Positions 20,031 through 33,427 of a stretch of 64,000 bases of DNA are shown piece after piece. Each line of letters opens with the position of its first letter. Position 1 is the first letter of the stretch. The position numbers were made by a program, and so were the translations under genes. The notes under the pieces are model-generated. The model made no database searches. It was not told where the DNA came from and saw nothing but the letters and a program-made list of their open reading frames with translations. This DNA is from Amphiscolops sp. MND2022 (taxonomy: Eukaryota), in the NCBI GenBank assembly GCA_964187785.1, contig OZ076409.1:84818001-84882000 (forward strand), in the 5' to 3' direction.

Positions 20031-20899
20031 TGGTTACAATGGTCGCCTATTGTAGGTTCGGTATTGGCGGTGTTCCGTGTCGCTTCTTGTCATCGTGTAA
20101 CCGATGGAAGAGTGCAATAGTAACAATGACGTACCAATGAAAAACGAGTAATAAATGTGAGTTATAATCCCAAATTTTAGCATTTTTTCCGGATAATTTA
20201 TCATCAAGCATGGATTATGAGTGACTGAAAATAAACTCACATTAAGACATAACAGGAGACTACAACTTGGCAGATTACCTCTCTAAGAAAAACACCAAGT
20301 TGAGACACAGTTGTAGTACCGTATAGAACGAATATCATAAAAAATCATGTGCCTTGAGGCAACTGCGAATGTCTTCTCGATAATATAATTACAGATCTAC
20401 CGGAAGTAAAACAAACCTATAAATCTGATTTTCTTCTCAGAACACTTCAGGTGAAAATATCAATCATTTTGCGATAGCATTCATTGCGAAAATTAGAATG
20501 CATCAACATCCAGAAGTTATATTGGAAGAACTTCTCGTTAAAACAGAAAGAAGACTGGAAGTTTTCGGAATTTTGATTAGTAAGAGCAACTGATGTTTGT
20601 TTTCATATCAAACTTGTGCAAAGGAATGTTTACTGTCTTCACGCATTTCCGAGAAAATAAATTACGACGCTGTTTTCACCCAAAACCAGTTTTTATTAGA
20701 AATGACAAAAGCAAGTTAACAATTAAACAAAATTGGATAAAGGCGAAAACGAAAATTTTGAATCGGAACATAAACTCTAGCATGAAACCACAGTCCCTGA
20801 GATATCGACAAGTTCAATATGACTCAGTTGAAAAAAAATACTTCGATCGTTCGGAATTTCAATTTGAATACTTCAATTGTTTGGAATCTGAAGGTGACA

Positions 20900-22560
20900 A
20901 ATTTTAATTAACGATGCTATAGTCTACAAACAGCAAACGAACAAAAAAACTGATATGTTCTGTCTTAAAAACCATTTCGGTGAAACAGTCATTGGCCAAA
21001 AAGGAATTGCTAACTTACTGTGCGACTGATTTTCAAAATTTGGAGAATGCTTCAGACAGGGCAAAAAATATATAAGTACAGCCTGGAACGTAATACAAAA
21101 AGTAAATAAACTTTCAGTCTTCAGCACATAAGTCTGTTTGACTGCAACAAATTCTTTGAAACGTTTCCAGCATAACAAATCGCTGTGCCCATCTGACATT
21201 TCAAAATGGACGCGAAAGAGTGTTTCAGTTTTTTAGCTCTGCTTCCTGCTAAGTGTCATTTCTGAAGGTGGTAGTTTCTCAGGTAAACTAAAAGAAACAT
21301 CTTTTATTCCGATTATTAAAAAAGGTGATATTGAATGTCTTGATACTTTCAGACCAATATCAATTAAATCTTCAATAGCAGAAGTTTTTCAAACAATCTT
21401 CAGCGATAAATTAACGAATACTTGAAAGGAACCATTTTCACGGCCAATCGCAATTTGGATTCGGAGCAAAGTAATCAACAACGGATGCCTTTCTATACGC
21501 TACGGAAATGATAACAGAACATTTAGATGACAGTTGATGCACGCCAGCAGCCGCTTAAGACTGTCAGAAACTTTCAATTTAATGTCTCGTTAAAACCTTT
21601 AAGAAACTTTGCATCATCTCAATTGCGACGAAAATTTCATCAAAAAGAGTGTTCGAATGAAAGATACCAAAAGGGTAAAGTACTTACCAAACGCTCGGAT
21701 TGCATTCAAGTATAACAAATTGTTCCACACGTGACAGAGTAAGGACCTCCTTTCAACGCGTGACTTTTTTTCAACATCTACCATAATGAATTGCAACAAT
21801 TTGTCATGTTATTTTATAATTTGATAAAATATACTAATGAGACAATGCTAATTCTGTTCACATAATGATATGACGGAAACTCGCAATAAATTACCGCACA
21901 CAATGGAAAACTTTGTCAACTGTTCCGAAAGTCACCAGTTCCAATCAAGGCGAACTAAATAGATTATAAAGCATCGGAAAACGATTTTGCCAGAAATCAT
22001 ACATTGGAAGTTGAAGTACAAGTTATCAAAAAATCAACAACTGTGAAATAATTAAACGTTTAACTGGATCGCAAAAAGAAATTTCGACAGGAATTGAAGA
22101 ACAACCAAAATGGCTAACGGTATCAGAACACTTTTTGCTATGCGTGATTTATTTCCAACTGCGACACGATTATAAAACTCAATGCCTTAGTTTCAATCTC
22201 CTACATTATTCTGCTATCTTATTAACTGGTATCAATGGAAACTTGATCACAACTCTGGACAAACAATTGAATTGGAAAACTAAAACCTGTTTCAAAAAAT
22301 TTTAATATGACCACTCAACAGATCTCAAAATTCAACATAAAATCATACCCATTCGTTGTTTTTCAGACAACAAATGCTTTTTGTACCTTCCGCAATAGAA
22401 ACATAGCCTTATTCCTGCTTCATAATAGAAAACCACAGTTACTGACTGCTAACACAAAGATACATAACATGAAAGAACACAAATTGAATACTCAGATATG
22501 ACAAAAGGATCTGAATTTCGATGACATAATTTCTTCAAAAGAATATTAACCTTGTGGAAC
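20900..22560 (+). pseudogene. Decayed non-LTR retrotransposon (LINE) reverse transcriptase
   Basis: FIPIIKKGDIECLDTFRPISIKSSIAEVFQTI (~21303-21400) and QFGF...STTDAFL (~21451-21500) match LINE RT motifs (PIxKKGD...YRPISL; QFGFR...ST.DAL). Limits approximate. Confidence 0.8.
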
Positions 22561-23649
22561 ACCCTTCTGAAGAAGGTTTCATACGAATCAATGAAATAAA
22601 GAATCAAATTTTTTCGTCCCCAAAGAGACGAAAATGAAATAGACCGACCACAAAATAGAATAAAATGTGGGAGTGTTTACCACTTTAATGATTCGTCCCC
22701 ATAATCATTCCACCCCCTTTTACCGTCAATTACGTTTCATTTCGCTTATATTGTTTACAGTGCCTCTTGGAGGATAAATGCATTTTTTAAACTGTTTTAA
22801 GTAGTATAACTTTTTCAATGTTTCTATGGAGGCATTTCCTAAAAGATTCTTACAGAACCAGCAAATAGAAGCTCCTAGTGCACTGATTGGCAACTTTTTT
22901 TGAGACATGATATATCAGATTGAGAATTATTTTAGTCCCTCTCATTTGCTTAGTTGTACTGATTTAGAGGTTGTGTTCTCCTGATACGTCTTCGTAGATA
23001 TAAACTCACGTTTGCAGCTTGTAGAGGATCAAAACCTTTACCATATAGAATTTGCACAACTTGGTCGGAGCTCATCTTTTAGCTTAAAGCGACTATTATA
23101 ATTTACAACAAAACTTGTTCAAGTGAGCTTTGCTGTCTGAAAGCAAAAAGTTGTCGCCAAAGATTTGATTTTTTGTCGACTAAAACTAACTCCACTGGGA
23201 TTCGACAAAAGTTTAAAATTTTCAGTCAATAAGAAAAAATCTTGGTTGATTAAAAAATCAACTTGTTTAAATTTCAAGGGAATTTTTGTCAACAATTTCC
23301 CCAAATACTTTAGAAACTCTTTCAACCGTAGCTCCGACAAACGTAAAAGTGTCAATAGTTTTGATGAGTTTTTAACGATTCAATAATTAGTTTTCGTTTG
23401 AATATTTGTTTTGTGGACCGAAATTTCAAGAATTCCGACTTGAAGGCGTCTCTGTGCTAAACTGTGGAAAAATTTTTCTAGCAGATTTTGGCTAGCAAAT
23501 AAAATAATGGAGAAAAAGGAAAAAGGCGTTGATAATTCAGAAATTTCGTAAAACAAAAATGGGTATTTTTCATATGAAAAATTTTTCATATGAAAAATGA
23601 CTCAATGAAAACTACAACAAAATGCACCATTATGACCCCATAGTAGCCA

Positions 23650-24030
23650 AAAAGAGCCAAATTTTCCATTATTTGACTTTCATGCATTTTGTGGAGTTTC
23701 TGAAATTTTCGTGGATATGAAAATCTACAAAATTCAACGACAAGACATTTAGATTTCAGCACGCTTTCTTAGAAGGCAACCTGAAGTTGGTTTGAAAAAA
23801 TCCCGAAATGCCCCAATAATGCAGAAAAATTAAATTTGAAGCGTTGTTGATATTTTCCCTAGAAAAGGGCGAATTAAACACTGAAAAAAATGGGAAAAAG
23901 GTTGAGCCAAAACATGTTCGAGAATTCTTGAGAGGGTTTGACTAGAAATTGTTTTATACTAATTGTATCCTTGAGTTTGCCGTTTTATTCTGACGTCTTG
24001 GGATTTAACAGATTAAGTTATCATGTTTTC
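23650..24030 (+). repeat. Isolated partial monomer of the 1.33-kb satellite
   Basis: aaaagagccaa...gaaaatctacaaaattcaacgacaagacatt...ctgacgtcttggg...gttatcatgtttt matches the array monomers beyond 48.4 kb. Confidence 0.9.
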
Positions 24031-24499
24031 TGATAGAAAAAGACAACAGTATTATATTTGATGAATTTCCTAGATTTCGAGTTAAATTCTTCATCCTCGT
24101 TTTCTGCTAGAAGCTTGAATATAGAATGAGGTGCCAATCCCAGGAACTTTAGGATGACCCCGAAGGTACCCATTTTTGTTTTTTTCGTCACTTTCAGTTT
24201 AAAGCTTTTTCGCCAAAATCGGGATTTTTTCGATAGTTTTTTTTTCGGAATCTTCCTGGCACTTGTTGTTGTAAAGACTAATCGGGACCTTTTCGAAACA
24301 TAAAGTCCTAGTCAAAATGGTTTTATGTGGTGAGAGACAATTGCTCTAAATGCTTGACTATGATTATTTTAACTTTGACTATGATAATTGTTAGCTTTCC
24401 AAAAATTCACCGTTGCGACAACTTTGGTTCAAAAAGAAACAATCCCGAAAAAACTGAAAGGGGGGACCCTTTGGGATTTTTCAACATCCGTTCTGTCGG

Positions 24500-24705
24500 T
24501 GTTGTATATCGTTGGAATAAGAAAGTTTGGGAATATAATACTGTATTGTACGTAAGATCAAGTTATAGTGTTCACTATATCGTACTACAGTTAGCATCAA
24601 AGTTACTGGCAGGTATGTTATTTAATTAATATAAAGGTCATAGAGTAGAGTAAGAACTATGTAACATTGCGTTACTATTGACCTTCAGACTATATTCATG
24701 TCACA
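24500..24705 (-). repeat. Element C 3' LTR
   Basis: 206-bp direct repeat of 46502-46707 with TG...CA ends. Confidence 0.95.
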
Positions 24706-25003
24706 TTCCCCCCCTGGTAGGGATAGTTATATAATACAATTGATAACTGTATTTTAGAAATCAAAGTTGCGCAAATTTAAATTACATGTATAATGTATAA
24801 ACAAAAAGGTTGTATCAACTCAATTGTTGATAGTAGTGAGTCCGTTCAGTTTCTTGTTTAAGTTTTGACGGTGCTCCTCGCCTCGATACCGTGCTACTGG
24901 TATTCTCCCTTTCCTCCTATTTTCTCCTCCGGTCTTCCTCAGTCTGATGCTGTGTTTCCGCTGGCTTGGCTGTTTATTCGTTTAACGGTGTTTCCTGTAA
25001 ATA

Positions 25004-28000
25004 TCAGAATGTTACTGGATTTTCGTATCTTATTGTCGGGTTATTCGCTCTTATTCTAGAAGACTTTCTAGTTTGTTTGTGTGTATTATTCGTTTCAATT
25101 GTATCTGGTATTTCGGTTATTTCGGTTTTTATTTGGTTTTGATTGTTTTGGTTTTGATTTTCGTTACCGTTGTTGTCGACGATGGTGATTGTTGTCGGGT
25201 CCTCGGCTATTGCCTCCATTGCTTGTTCTAGCTGTTCTTCGCTCATTCTGTCCACGTGGAGTTTTAGGTTGTTTTCCCACGGGGATTTTCTTTAGATGTC
25301 TTTTTTCTTCCTCGTCCGATTTGTATTGGCGGTGTGAAGTCAAAGCTTGTGTCCATCCCTTCTACTGATGTTTCACCCGTTGGGGTACTTGCTCGCCTTT
25401 CATCGGTCTCAGTTTGTGTCTCCTCTTCTTCCTCTTCTTCATCTTCTGAGCCTGACTGTATGGACGTTTGGACAAATCTTCCGTCTGTACCTCTGCGGTT
25501 TTCTCCTCTTCTTGACAGGGGGTTCTGAAATGAGGTTTGTAATGGTTTACTTATCCGTTTTTGCGTTCTATTTTATTTGTGTCCGTCGTTATTGTGTGTT
25601 CAGTTTCGGCTACCGCTATTTGCGGATTTGTATCGTAGTTACTTTCAAATTTGTTTTTGTTTTGGTTTTTCTCTAGGAATTTGTATGAGAAGTTATTACT
25701 AACATCGCATTTCAGCTTTTGAGGGGTTTTCATGATGAGCTGGTTGTATCCTCCTCGTCCATTGTTAAACGAGTAGACTTGTAGGGTCTCCGGTTGTGCT
25801 GGAACATAATCATTTTTGTCCGTTGGTATGTTTAAATAACTGGTTAATTCCGTTCGTGGCTCTCGACCGTAATGTCTTCTGAACGGTGTCTCTTTAGTTT
25901 TTGAATGGATGGTCTTTCGCATTACCATCAGGGACAGGTATAAAGCGTCATTTAAGTTGCATTTGTCTTCTAAATTAGTCCTCATTAAATTTTTTTAGTG
26001 TTTTTATTCCCCTTTCTACTAATCCTGTAGTTGTGTATTTATGGTGTGCCATATATTAGTTTAATGTGTAAATTTTAACACATTTGTCTAAACTCTTTTC
26101 CGGTAAAGGCGGTTCCTTTATCCGTTCTAATTACTTGTGGGATACCGTTCAGTAGTATGTACTGTTGTAAGAAAATTTTTGCTATTTTGTCTGTAGGAGC
26201 TTCACATATACAGGCTGCAGGCCATCTGCTATACCGGTCAATAGATATCAGTATATAAAATCGCCTGTGCTTGAATCGTTTTGGTCCGATGAAATCCAAT
26301 TGGATTTCCTCGTTTGGTTTTTCTACCGGAGGTAAGTACTTTATTTCCGTCATTGGTATTTGTGGTTTTATACTCCTACCTGACATTTTACAGGGAATAC
26401 ACTCGTTGCATTTCGCCTGAATATCCTTGTTTAGTTCTGGCCACCAGAAAGGTTTGGCTGCGTGTGTCATCTTGTTGATGGCGGGGTGGCCTTTATGTAG
26501 TAGTAAGATGACTGTTTTCCGTAGTGGCTTCGGAATTACTATTTTGTCATTATAGAACACTACTTTAAATCGTGTCGACATGTTTTTGTGATGGTCCTTG
26601 ATTTCATCTGGTATCTGTTCGTAACTTCTCTTCTCCAGGCATACCAGTGTTTTAATTAATTTTTCGTCATTTGTTGTTTCGTCTGCGATTGTCCTTAAAT
26701 CGGTTGAGAATTTTTGTTCGGCCTGACGAATGGTTTCTTCTAAGTCATATTCTTCGTTGTAATGCACTTTACTCGCTGTTCCCATTTGTATATATCGTAC
26801 ACTGGTTGCCCCCAGGTATCTCTTGAAGTTGATCGCCGGTACATCGATTGTTTGGTCAGAGTCCGATGACATTGTTTCTATTTCATCTTGTTCTTGTGGT
26901 TGTTGTGTGCTACTGCTTGTCCGGTTTCTTCCCTTTTTGTCTTCGCTCTGATTTTTTCGATGACTCTCTGGAATTCTCTTTTTCTCTCTAGTTCTTTTTC
27001 CTGTCTCTCTGCTGTTGTTTTCCATGCGTTTCCATAGCAATTTGTTTCTTTTCTGCCACAAATCAACTTCGATTCGCTTCTGTTCTGCCCGCAGCGCTCT
27101 GGATGGATTGTATTTTTTCCATTGTCCCTGTGTGAATCTGTAGTCGCCAGGTTTTGTTATCTCCTTCCATCTTGTTTTTATTCTCAGTGTTTCTTCCGTT
27201 GGGTCGTCCTTTTCGACACATTCGATTGTTTTATTATCCATTCTGTTTTGTACAGTTTGGTTTGTGTCAGCTGTATTTGAACGTACTTTGCTTTGTGAGA
27301 ATTTCAATGACCACTGTTTATCTTGTTCGTTTTCGCTGAGCTGTATTTTGTTCACGCTTCTTGATTCTGATTGGCTGTTCGCTGACGCTGCTACTTCGTC
27401 CGTTTGTGCTTCCAATTTTTCTTGATCGGTGATGCTACCGTGTGTGTTAATGAACTCCAGTAAGGGTATTACGCAATTGATTACGTATTCTTCATCGTAA
27501 TTCTCGATTGGCTCCGGCTTTGAAATCGGATTTCTGCACAAACAATCCGTCAATTTTAAATGCTTGCCGGCAATATGCTTTATGTTTATATCAAAATGTG
27601 CTAATCGATCCAACCATCATGTTAATCTTGCGCTATAAGTTTTAATCGATCTGTTTCGTTTAACTAATTTCAATTGGCTTTCCATAAACATATAAGCGAA
27701 TATGCTCCAATCCCCACACTACTGCTAGTAGCTCTAGTTCGTTTATCGCATATTACTTCTCGGTGTCCGATGAAAATCTGCTTGCGAAGCCAACCGGTTT
27801 CAAATTTCCATCTTTTTGTTTTTGCCACAGTGTAGCCCCGAGCCCCTAGCCCCTTTGTACTTGCATCGGTTGTTAGGATATTTTCTTAATTCGAGTTGTA
27901 GTGCGCTAGGCATGGCAATTGGGTGATTAATTTCTTTAATTTGTTGAACGCTTTTGTGTGTTCTTCTGTCCAGATCGATTCGTTTTGTTTTTTCAGTAAT

Positions 28001-29237
28001 TTTCTGAGTATATCTGTCTGTGCTGATAGATTTTTGATATACTTTGACAAATATTGTATTGCTCCCAGAAAGGATTTTAGTTCTTTTTCGTTTTTCGTTT
28101 CTTTTTGTTATCGCTTCCAATTTGTCTTGTAGTGGTCTAATGCCGTCTTGATTGATTTTGTGTCCAACCCATTCAACCTCTTTCTTGAAAAATTCGCATT
28201 TTTTCAGGTGTAGTCTGTATCCTGCTTCGTCTAATTTTTCCATTGTTTCTTTTGTTTCCGATTCGTGTTTTTCTATTGTTCCGTTGGTTACAATTATGAT
28301 GTCGTCTAGCCAAGCGGGGAGTTTGAATTCCAGTGTTCTTTCTATCCGTTCCTGGAAAATTGTTGGGATGTCCGCCAGTCCGTAAAAGCCTTTCAGGAAA
28401 GGGTAGTATCCCGTAAATTCTTCGCCTGTAACGGTAAAAATACATAGATTTTTTGTAGTATCGTTCGATTTGATTTGACCGTAAGCATAGTCAAAATCTA
28501 GCTTTGTTATCCATATTTCCCCTTCTTGTTCTTCAGATATCTTCCGTGATATTCTGGATATTAGCTCTTCCATGTTCGGCATTTGTGCTTTCTTTTTGAT
28601 TGTTGCTTCGTTTAATTTTCTTGAATCCAGTGCAATTTTTACTGATTTGTCTTTCTTCACCGTGATTACTGCCGGGTTCACGAAATAATCTTCGGTTATT
28701 TCTGTGGCCCTTTCCAAGTATCCGTTTTTTATTAGTCTTTTGTCTTTTTATTTCTTCCGCTACTTGATTTTGAAGGTGAATTGGTACTGGTCTTCCCTTT
28801 TGCTGTATTATTTTTGCGTCGTCTTTCAGGTCAATTTTTACTTCCAATTCTTTTATTTTCGTGTTGTTGTAAAATAGATCTTTAAATTCGTTCTTCAGTT
28901 TTAGGATCTTCTTTTCGGTTTCATCCATTTTGATGTTGTGTATTTTAATATCGTCGGTTGTTGTGTTTAATGTTATTCCGAGCCGTTCCATCCAGTCCAA
29001 TCCCATTGCCGGTGTAATATTTGCTCTTGTAATTAATTGTGGCAGTTGAAGTGTTGTACTGTTTGTTTTCACCAGTGCTTTTGTTTGTCCCAGGAAATCG
29101 ATCTTGTTGTCGTTTACGTCTTTGTAATTGGTTTTGAGTTCTTCCACTTCAGTAATTTTGTTAAATAAGCGTTCTGGTATTAGTGTTACCGGGGACCCGC
29201 TGTCTGTTATAAATTTTATTGGTGCGTTGGTAACCAA
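25004..29237 (-). pseudogene. pol: Element C pol (protease, RT, RNase H, integrase), frameshifted
   Basis: FITDSGS, LDFDYAY...WLDD, HKGHPAINKM...CNECIPC, QLDFIGP...RTDKGTAF, split over several ORFs. Confidence 0.9.
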
Positions 29238-29299
29238 TAATGTTGCGTGTAGATATTCTCCGTTCTTTTTGTTGTTGTTTATTCTTTGTATTTTGTTGT

Positions 29300-30096
29300 A
29301 CCCAGTTGTCTTCTCCTGCTGATGATGATACTTTATCTACGTGTTGTCTTCTTTTTGGGAGTCTACACATTTTTTCGTAATGCCCCCTCTTTCTGCAATT
29401 TCGGCAGTCTACCGATTTGGCTGGGCATATGTGTTGTCTGGACCAGTTAGGTGCTCCGCATTGTCCGCACCGGTTATCTTTGTATCTTGGCTTTTGATAG
29501 TCCGGTCGTTTTTTGTTTTTGTCGTAACTGGCCTTCTCTGGCCATTTTCTTTTTCTTGGCCTTTCTTGTACATGTTTTATGTTCCTTTAGAATTGTTTGA
29601 GTCGTTTAACCAGTCATACATATATTCATGTATCAGATCGGTTATCGTTTCAATGGTCATATTACTTTTCCGGATTTTCTTTTTGAGTTCATAGTCTCCC
29701 GTTGATCATTCAATTAAGGATAGGAACTTCGATGCGATAAGTTCGGCTGGGGTAACGTTATCAAATTCACAGTTTTTCTCGGTCTGCAATATTCGTGTCC
29801 AGACGTCTTCGGCTGTCTCGTTTGGTTCTCTCGTTATACCGAAAAAATCTGCACGACTGTGTTTTGTTTCTTTCTGGTGTAAAGTGAAGGCGAAATAGTA
29901 TGTAGAGTTGGTTGATGTTCATTTTGTTTGGATCATTGTCTCTCACTGTTTTTGTCATTTCTGTAACAGCTTCTTCTCCCAGTGCCCAAATGAAAATGTC
30001 TTTTATTTTTATCGCCAGTTCTTCTCGGTATTCTTCTAGTATCTCTTCGTCTGTTGTCATTGTATTCAGGTCTATTTTTTGGGTCATTTTGACATA
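29300..30096 (-). pseudogene. gag: Element C gag, C-terminal part (N-terminal part at ~46318-46488)
   Basis: Removing element B and one TSD copy restores ...KLWWRRFTQ-YVKMTQKIDLN...; Cys/His knuckles CGQCGAPNWSRQHICP and CRNCRKRGHYEKMC near 29360-29470. Confidence 0.8.
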
Positions 30097-30101
30097 CTAG
30101 G

Positions 30102-32389
30102 TGTCACAGTCCGCTCCCGGACTGGGTTGTGGGTGTTTGAGAGTCGGCTTAGGGAGAGGCCACGGCTGCACGGCGAGGTTCGCAAAAACTTACTTTAACT
30201 ATTAAAACTAACAAATAAACTGTGACTAGGAAAACAAAAAGACGTCTGATCAACGGAAAATTCAAATGAAACTAGTTACAAAGAATGAATGTGCTAAAAT
30301 GAATCTTACATTTCCGGTTGAGACGCTTTTGCCACGTCAAATCAATAGCATCCGCCACCTGAAAATTAAATTAAAACACGCTTCGAAATAAGAAAACCAT
30401 AGCCCAATCTAAATGAAAGCATTGTCAAAGTCATCTCCCAAAAGAACATCAATCAGATCTAAAATGAAAAATACTCTGAGATGGCACACCGAAAGAATTA
30501 AGCCTTTTCTTAGAAAGGCAGCTTAATTGCGCTTTGAACGGCAATTAGTGTGGTTTAGGACGTCAATATTACGCTGAGTAAACAAGGCACCGGAGAAAAT
30601 AAGAATACATGTATATTTGTCGTCAGTAAGACGCAGACAAGTTTGAAGGTATACCAATTGACGTCACTGCCTCGAATACGCGTACCAGGAAATCATTCCA
30701 ATTATCCGCCTATACTAATAGCATTGCTAGAAGTCTTTTCACTTTACCGCCACTGTGACGTCACTGCTCCGGCAGCTAGTGAGAGACTCATTTCTAAAAT
30801 ACTCGTCAGCATTGCGTCAAACTAGTCAAAATCTCATGTTGACAAGTTTACGAAATTGAATAAAATGAATGAATTCGCTGAATTCAGCCAAGTTTTCGTC
30901 GCACTAAAGCCGTTATTTCCTAGGGAGAGATAATTGCAGGCTATTTCAGATTGTGAAACAAGTGTATTGCAAATATTCCGCGATTTAAAGTTCTGACTTA
31001 AGGTATATTCTTGGCACGCATAGGATAATTCAAATCCACGTCAATTAATCGTCATGTATTTTCAATAATAAGGGAATTTCCTCGCATAAGCTAGTTTTAT
31101 TACGAGATTTCATAGCAGAACAAACAGGGAGTCACAGTTTACGTCTTCAACTAAAATGTATTTTGTACAGATGTATTTTCATAGATTTTGCATTTTTGTA
31201 CCCGACGATTTCAGATGCTATTCTATAATTACGATTGTGATCATATTTAAATACCAGTTCACTGTTGCTATTCATTAAACTCATTATGTTGCTGTTGCTA
31301 TCAAACAAATGTTGCTGTTACTCTTGTGAAATTTGTCACACTTGTCGCGACATGACAAATTTGTTAATGGTATTTTATTTTAATACCATGATTTTTAATT
31401 CTATTCCCGACGAAAGAATGAGTCCAAATTCATAAAATATCGTCTTAGCATCAGTCAAATAATCCTGCTTTGAGATTAGTCATAGCATTTTGATCAAACC
31501 GAATTTCAAAATCAGGAATTTGTTGTTCACGTCAGCGTCATCTCAGCGTCAATTTCCCGCGAACCAAAGCAGTAAAACAGGGAAGCTTTTCCGGTTTGAC
31601 AGACTGAAGTAACATCTACTTCCTGCTTGAGAGGAAGCAAAAGGACGCAGGGATGAAATGATATGATCATGTTTGATGACTAATGTTAGTTTAAAGTTGC
31701 CGTGTCTTAAAAATTGTCGAAATGTCGACGCAAATTTGGGAACTTCGTGATTTTTTCATCGGTAAAACAGGAAATGACTAATTGTTCGAGAAAAATTAGG
31801 GATTATAGTCGTGATCAAATGATGCTGGCAGGGTATAAATACGGTGAAGATTGATGATTGAGGGACTCAGTCTTTTGCCTCTTGCGATAATCAGTTGTTT
31901 AAACTTGCTTGTCTCAACCTCATTCTAACTCAACCTTGTTGAAAACCTTGAAAAGAAATTCAACTCATCAGAAAAATCTTTTTTTCATCGAAATGTTTAC
32001 AACTCGAAGTCAGAAGAGAAAGAACTTCCAACAGGAAAATAATGAAAATGTAAGTGATGGTTTCGTTTCACCAGTAGTAGGAGAGAATCCTTGTTCTCCA
32101 GAACAAGACGTTAGTTCCGCGGGACCTTCAAAACCAAAATCCCCCAGGATTGAAAATAGCCTTCTAGAAAGTTTGAGAGCATCTCTGAAGGAGGAAATTA
32201 CCTCCGAGATTAAGAATCCCCTAATTGAATCCCAAAAGGAAATGGTGAAGCTCTTGAAACCTGAAACAAGAGAGAACATTAGAGAGAATGTTGAAGAGGG
32301 GATGGAAAATGAAACTAGGAGTTTCTACACCCCTACTAGATCAGTTAGGATAAGTTCAACGCAAAACGACCAGGATATAAGTCGTAACA
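30102..32389 (+). repeat. Element B 5' LTR (2288 bp)
   Basis: TGTCACAG...CGTAACA; repeated at 44000-46317 with substitutions and a ~27-bp indel. Confidence 0.95.
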
Positions 32390-33427
32390 TGGTGACAGGA
32401 ATTTTAAACGACTCCACCAATCAACCCAAGAGAACGAGGATTCGATCTCAAAGCCAACCTCCATCAAAACAACGCCCAGCAGCAGCGCGAACTTTGTTCG
32501 CCCAAGACAAAAGTAGCACCACTATGCTACCCATGCCAAAAGCTCTAACGGCGTCACTCCCAACTTTTGACGGGAAATCCGAAAAATTCGAACTCTTTGA
32601 AGATCTGTTTAGGAACAATATCAAAATGTATCCGCACCTTACAGAAATTCAAAAGATAAACTACTTCCACTCCCTACTTCGGGGAGACGCCTTACAAGCC
32701 TTTTGCAACATTGAAGACTCGAAGAAAGACTCACTAGACGAGATTATGACGTTATTCAAACGACGATTTGGGGACTATTTGTCAATGGCAAAGGCTAGAT
32801 GCGAATGGGACGCGCTAAAATTCGACCTCTCGACACAGAAACTCCACGAATTTCTGGATGTACTCCAGAAAACGGCAAAAGAAGCCTTCGGATCAGAGGC
32901 GCAGCAGTTCATGACAAGGCTATATACGCAAAATGCCAGACCATTTCAAGAAAATACTAAACCGCGTATACCTCGAAGACAAACCCTACAACGACATAGT
33001 ACTCCACCTAGAGAGAGAAATGCGTCTCAATGGACTAGGAGCACCAGACGAGGTAACGTTAGTACCTTTGAACAAAATCGAACCCGCTCAAACAAAAACT
33101 GAACCCAAACCAGCGGAAACCACCGCTCAGACCACTAAAAAAGGGTACTGCTTTTACTGTAATAAATTCGGACATTATAAAGCTGAATGCCGTAAAATGA
33201 AAGGGGACAAATGGATGCAAACCCGCAAAAACAACGGGCCTAGCAACCACAGTGCAGGCAAACCACCCAAATGCGACACTTGAGGCAAACCCCACAAAAC
33301 AGAAGATTGTTGGAACGGAGCCAATGCTGCCAACGATCCACGACCCAAGCGTCACAACACACAAGAATGTAAAAGGGACACCTCTGTCCCACAACCAACG
33401 AACCAACCAGAAGATGAATCAAAAAAC
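31993..33427 (+). pseudogene. gag: Element B gag (starts inside the LTR; frameshift near 32915, stop near 33281)
   Basis: MFTTRSQKRK...; LPTFDGKSEKFELFEDLF nearly identical to A; CFYCNKFGHYKAEC; AAAAAAC at 33421-33427. Confidence 0.9.

Noticed and set aside
23566..23597. Doubled palindrome ttttcatatgaaaa x2
   Set aside because: Short AT-rich local duplication with no further context.
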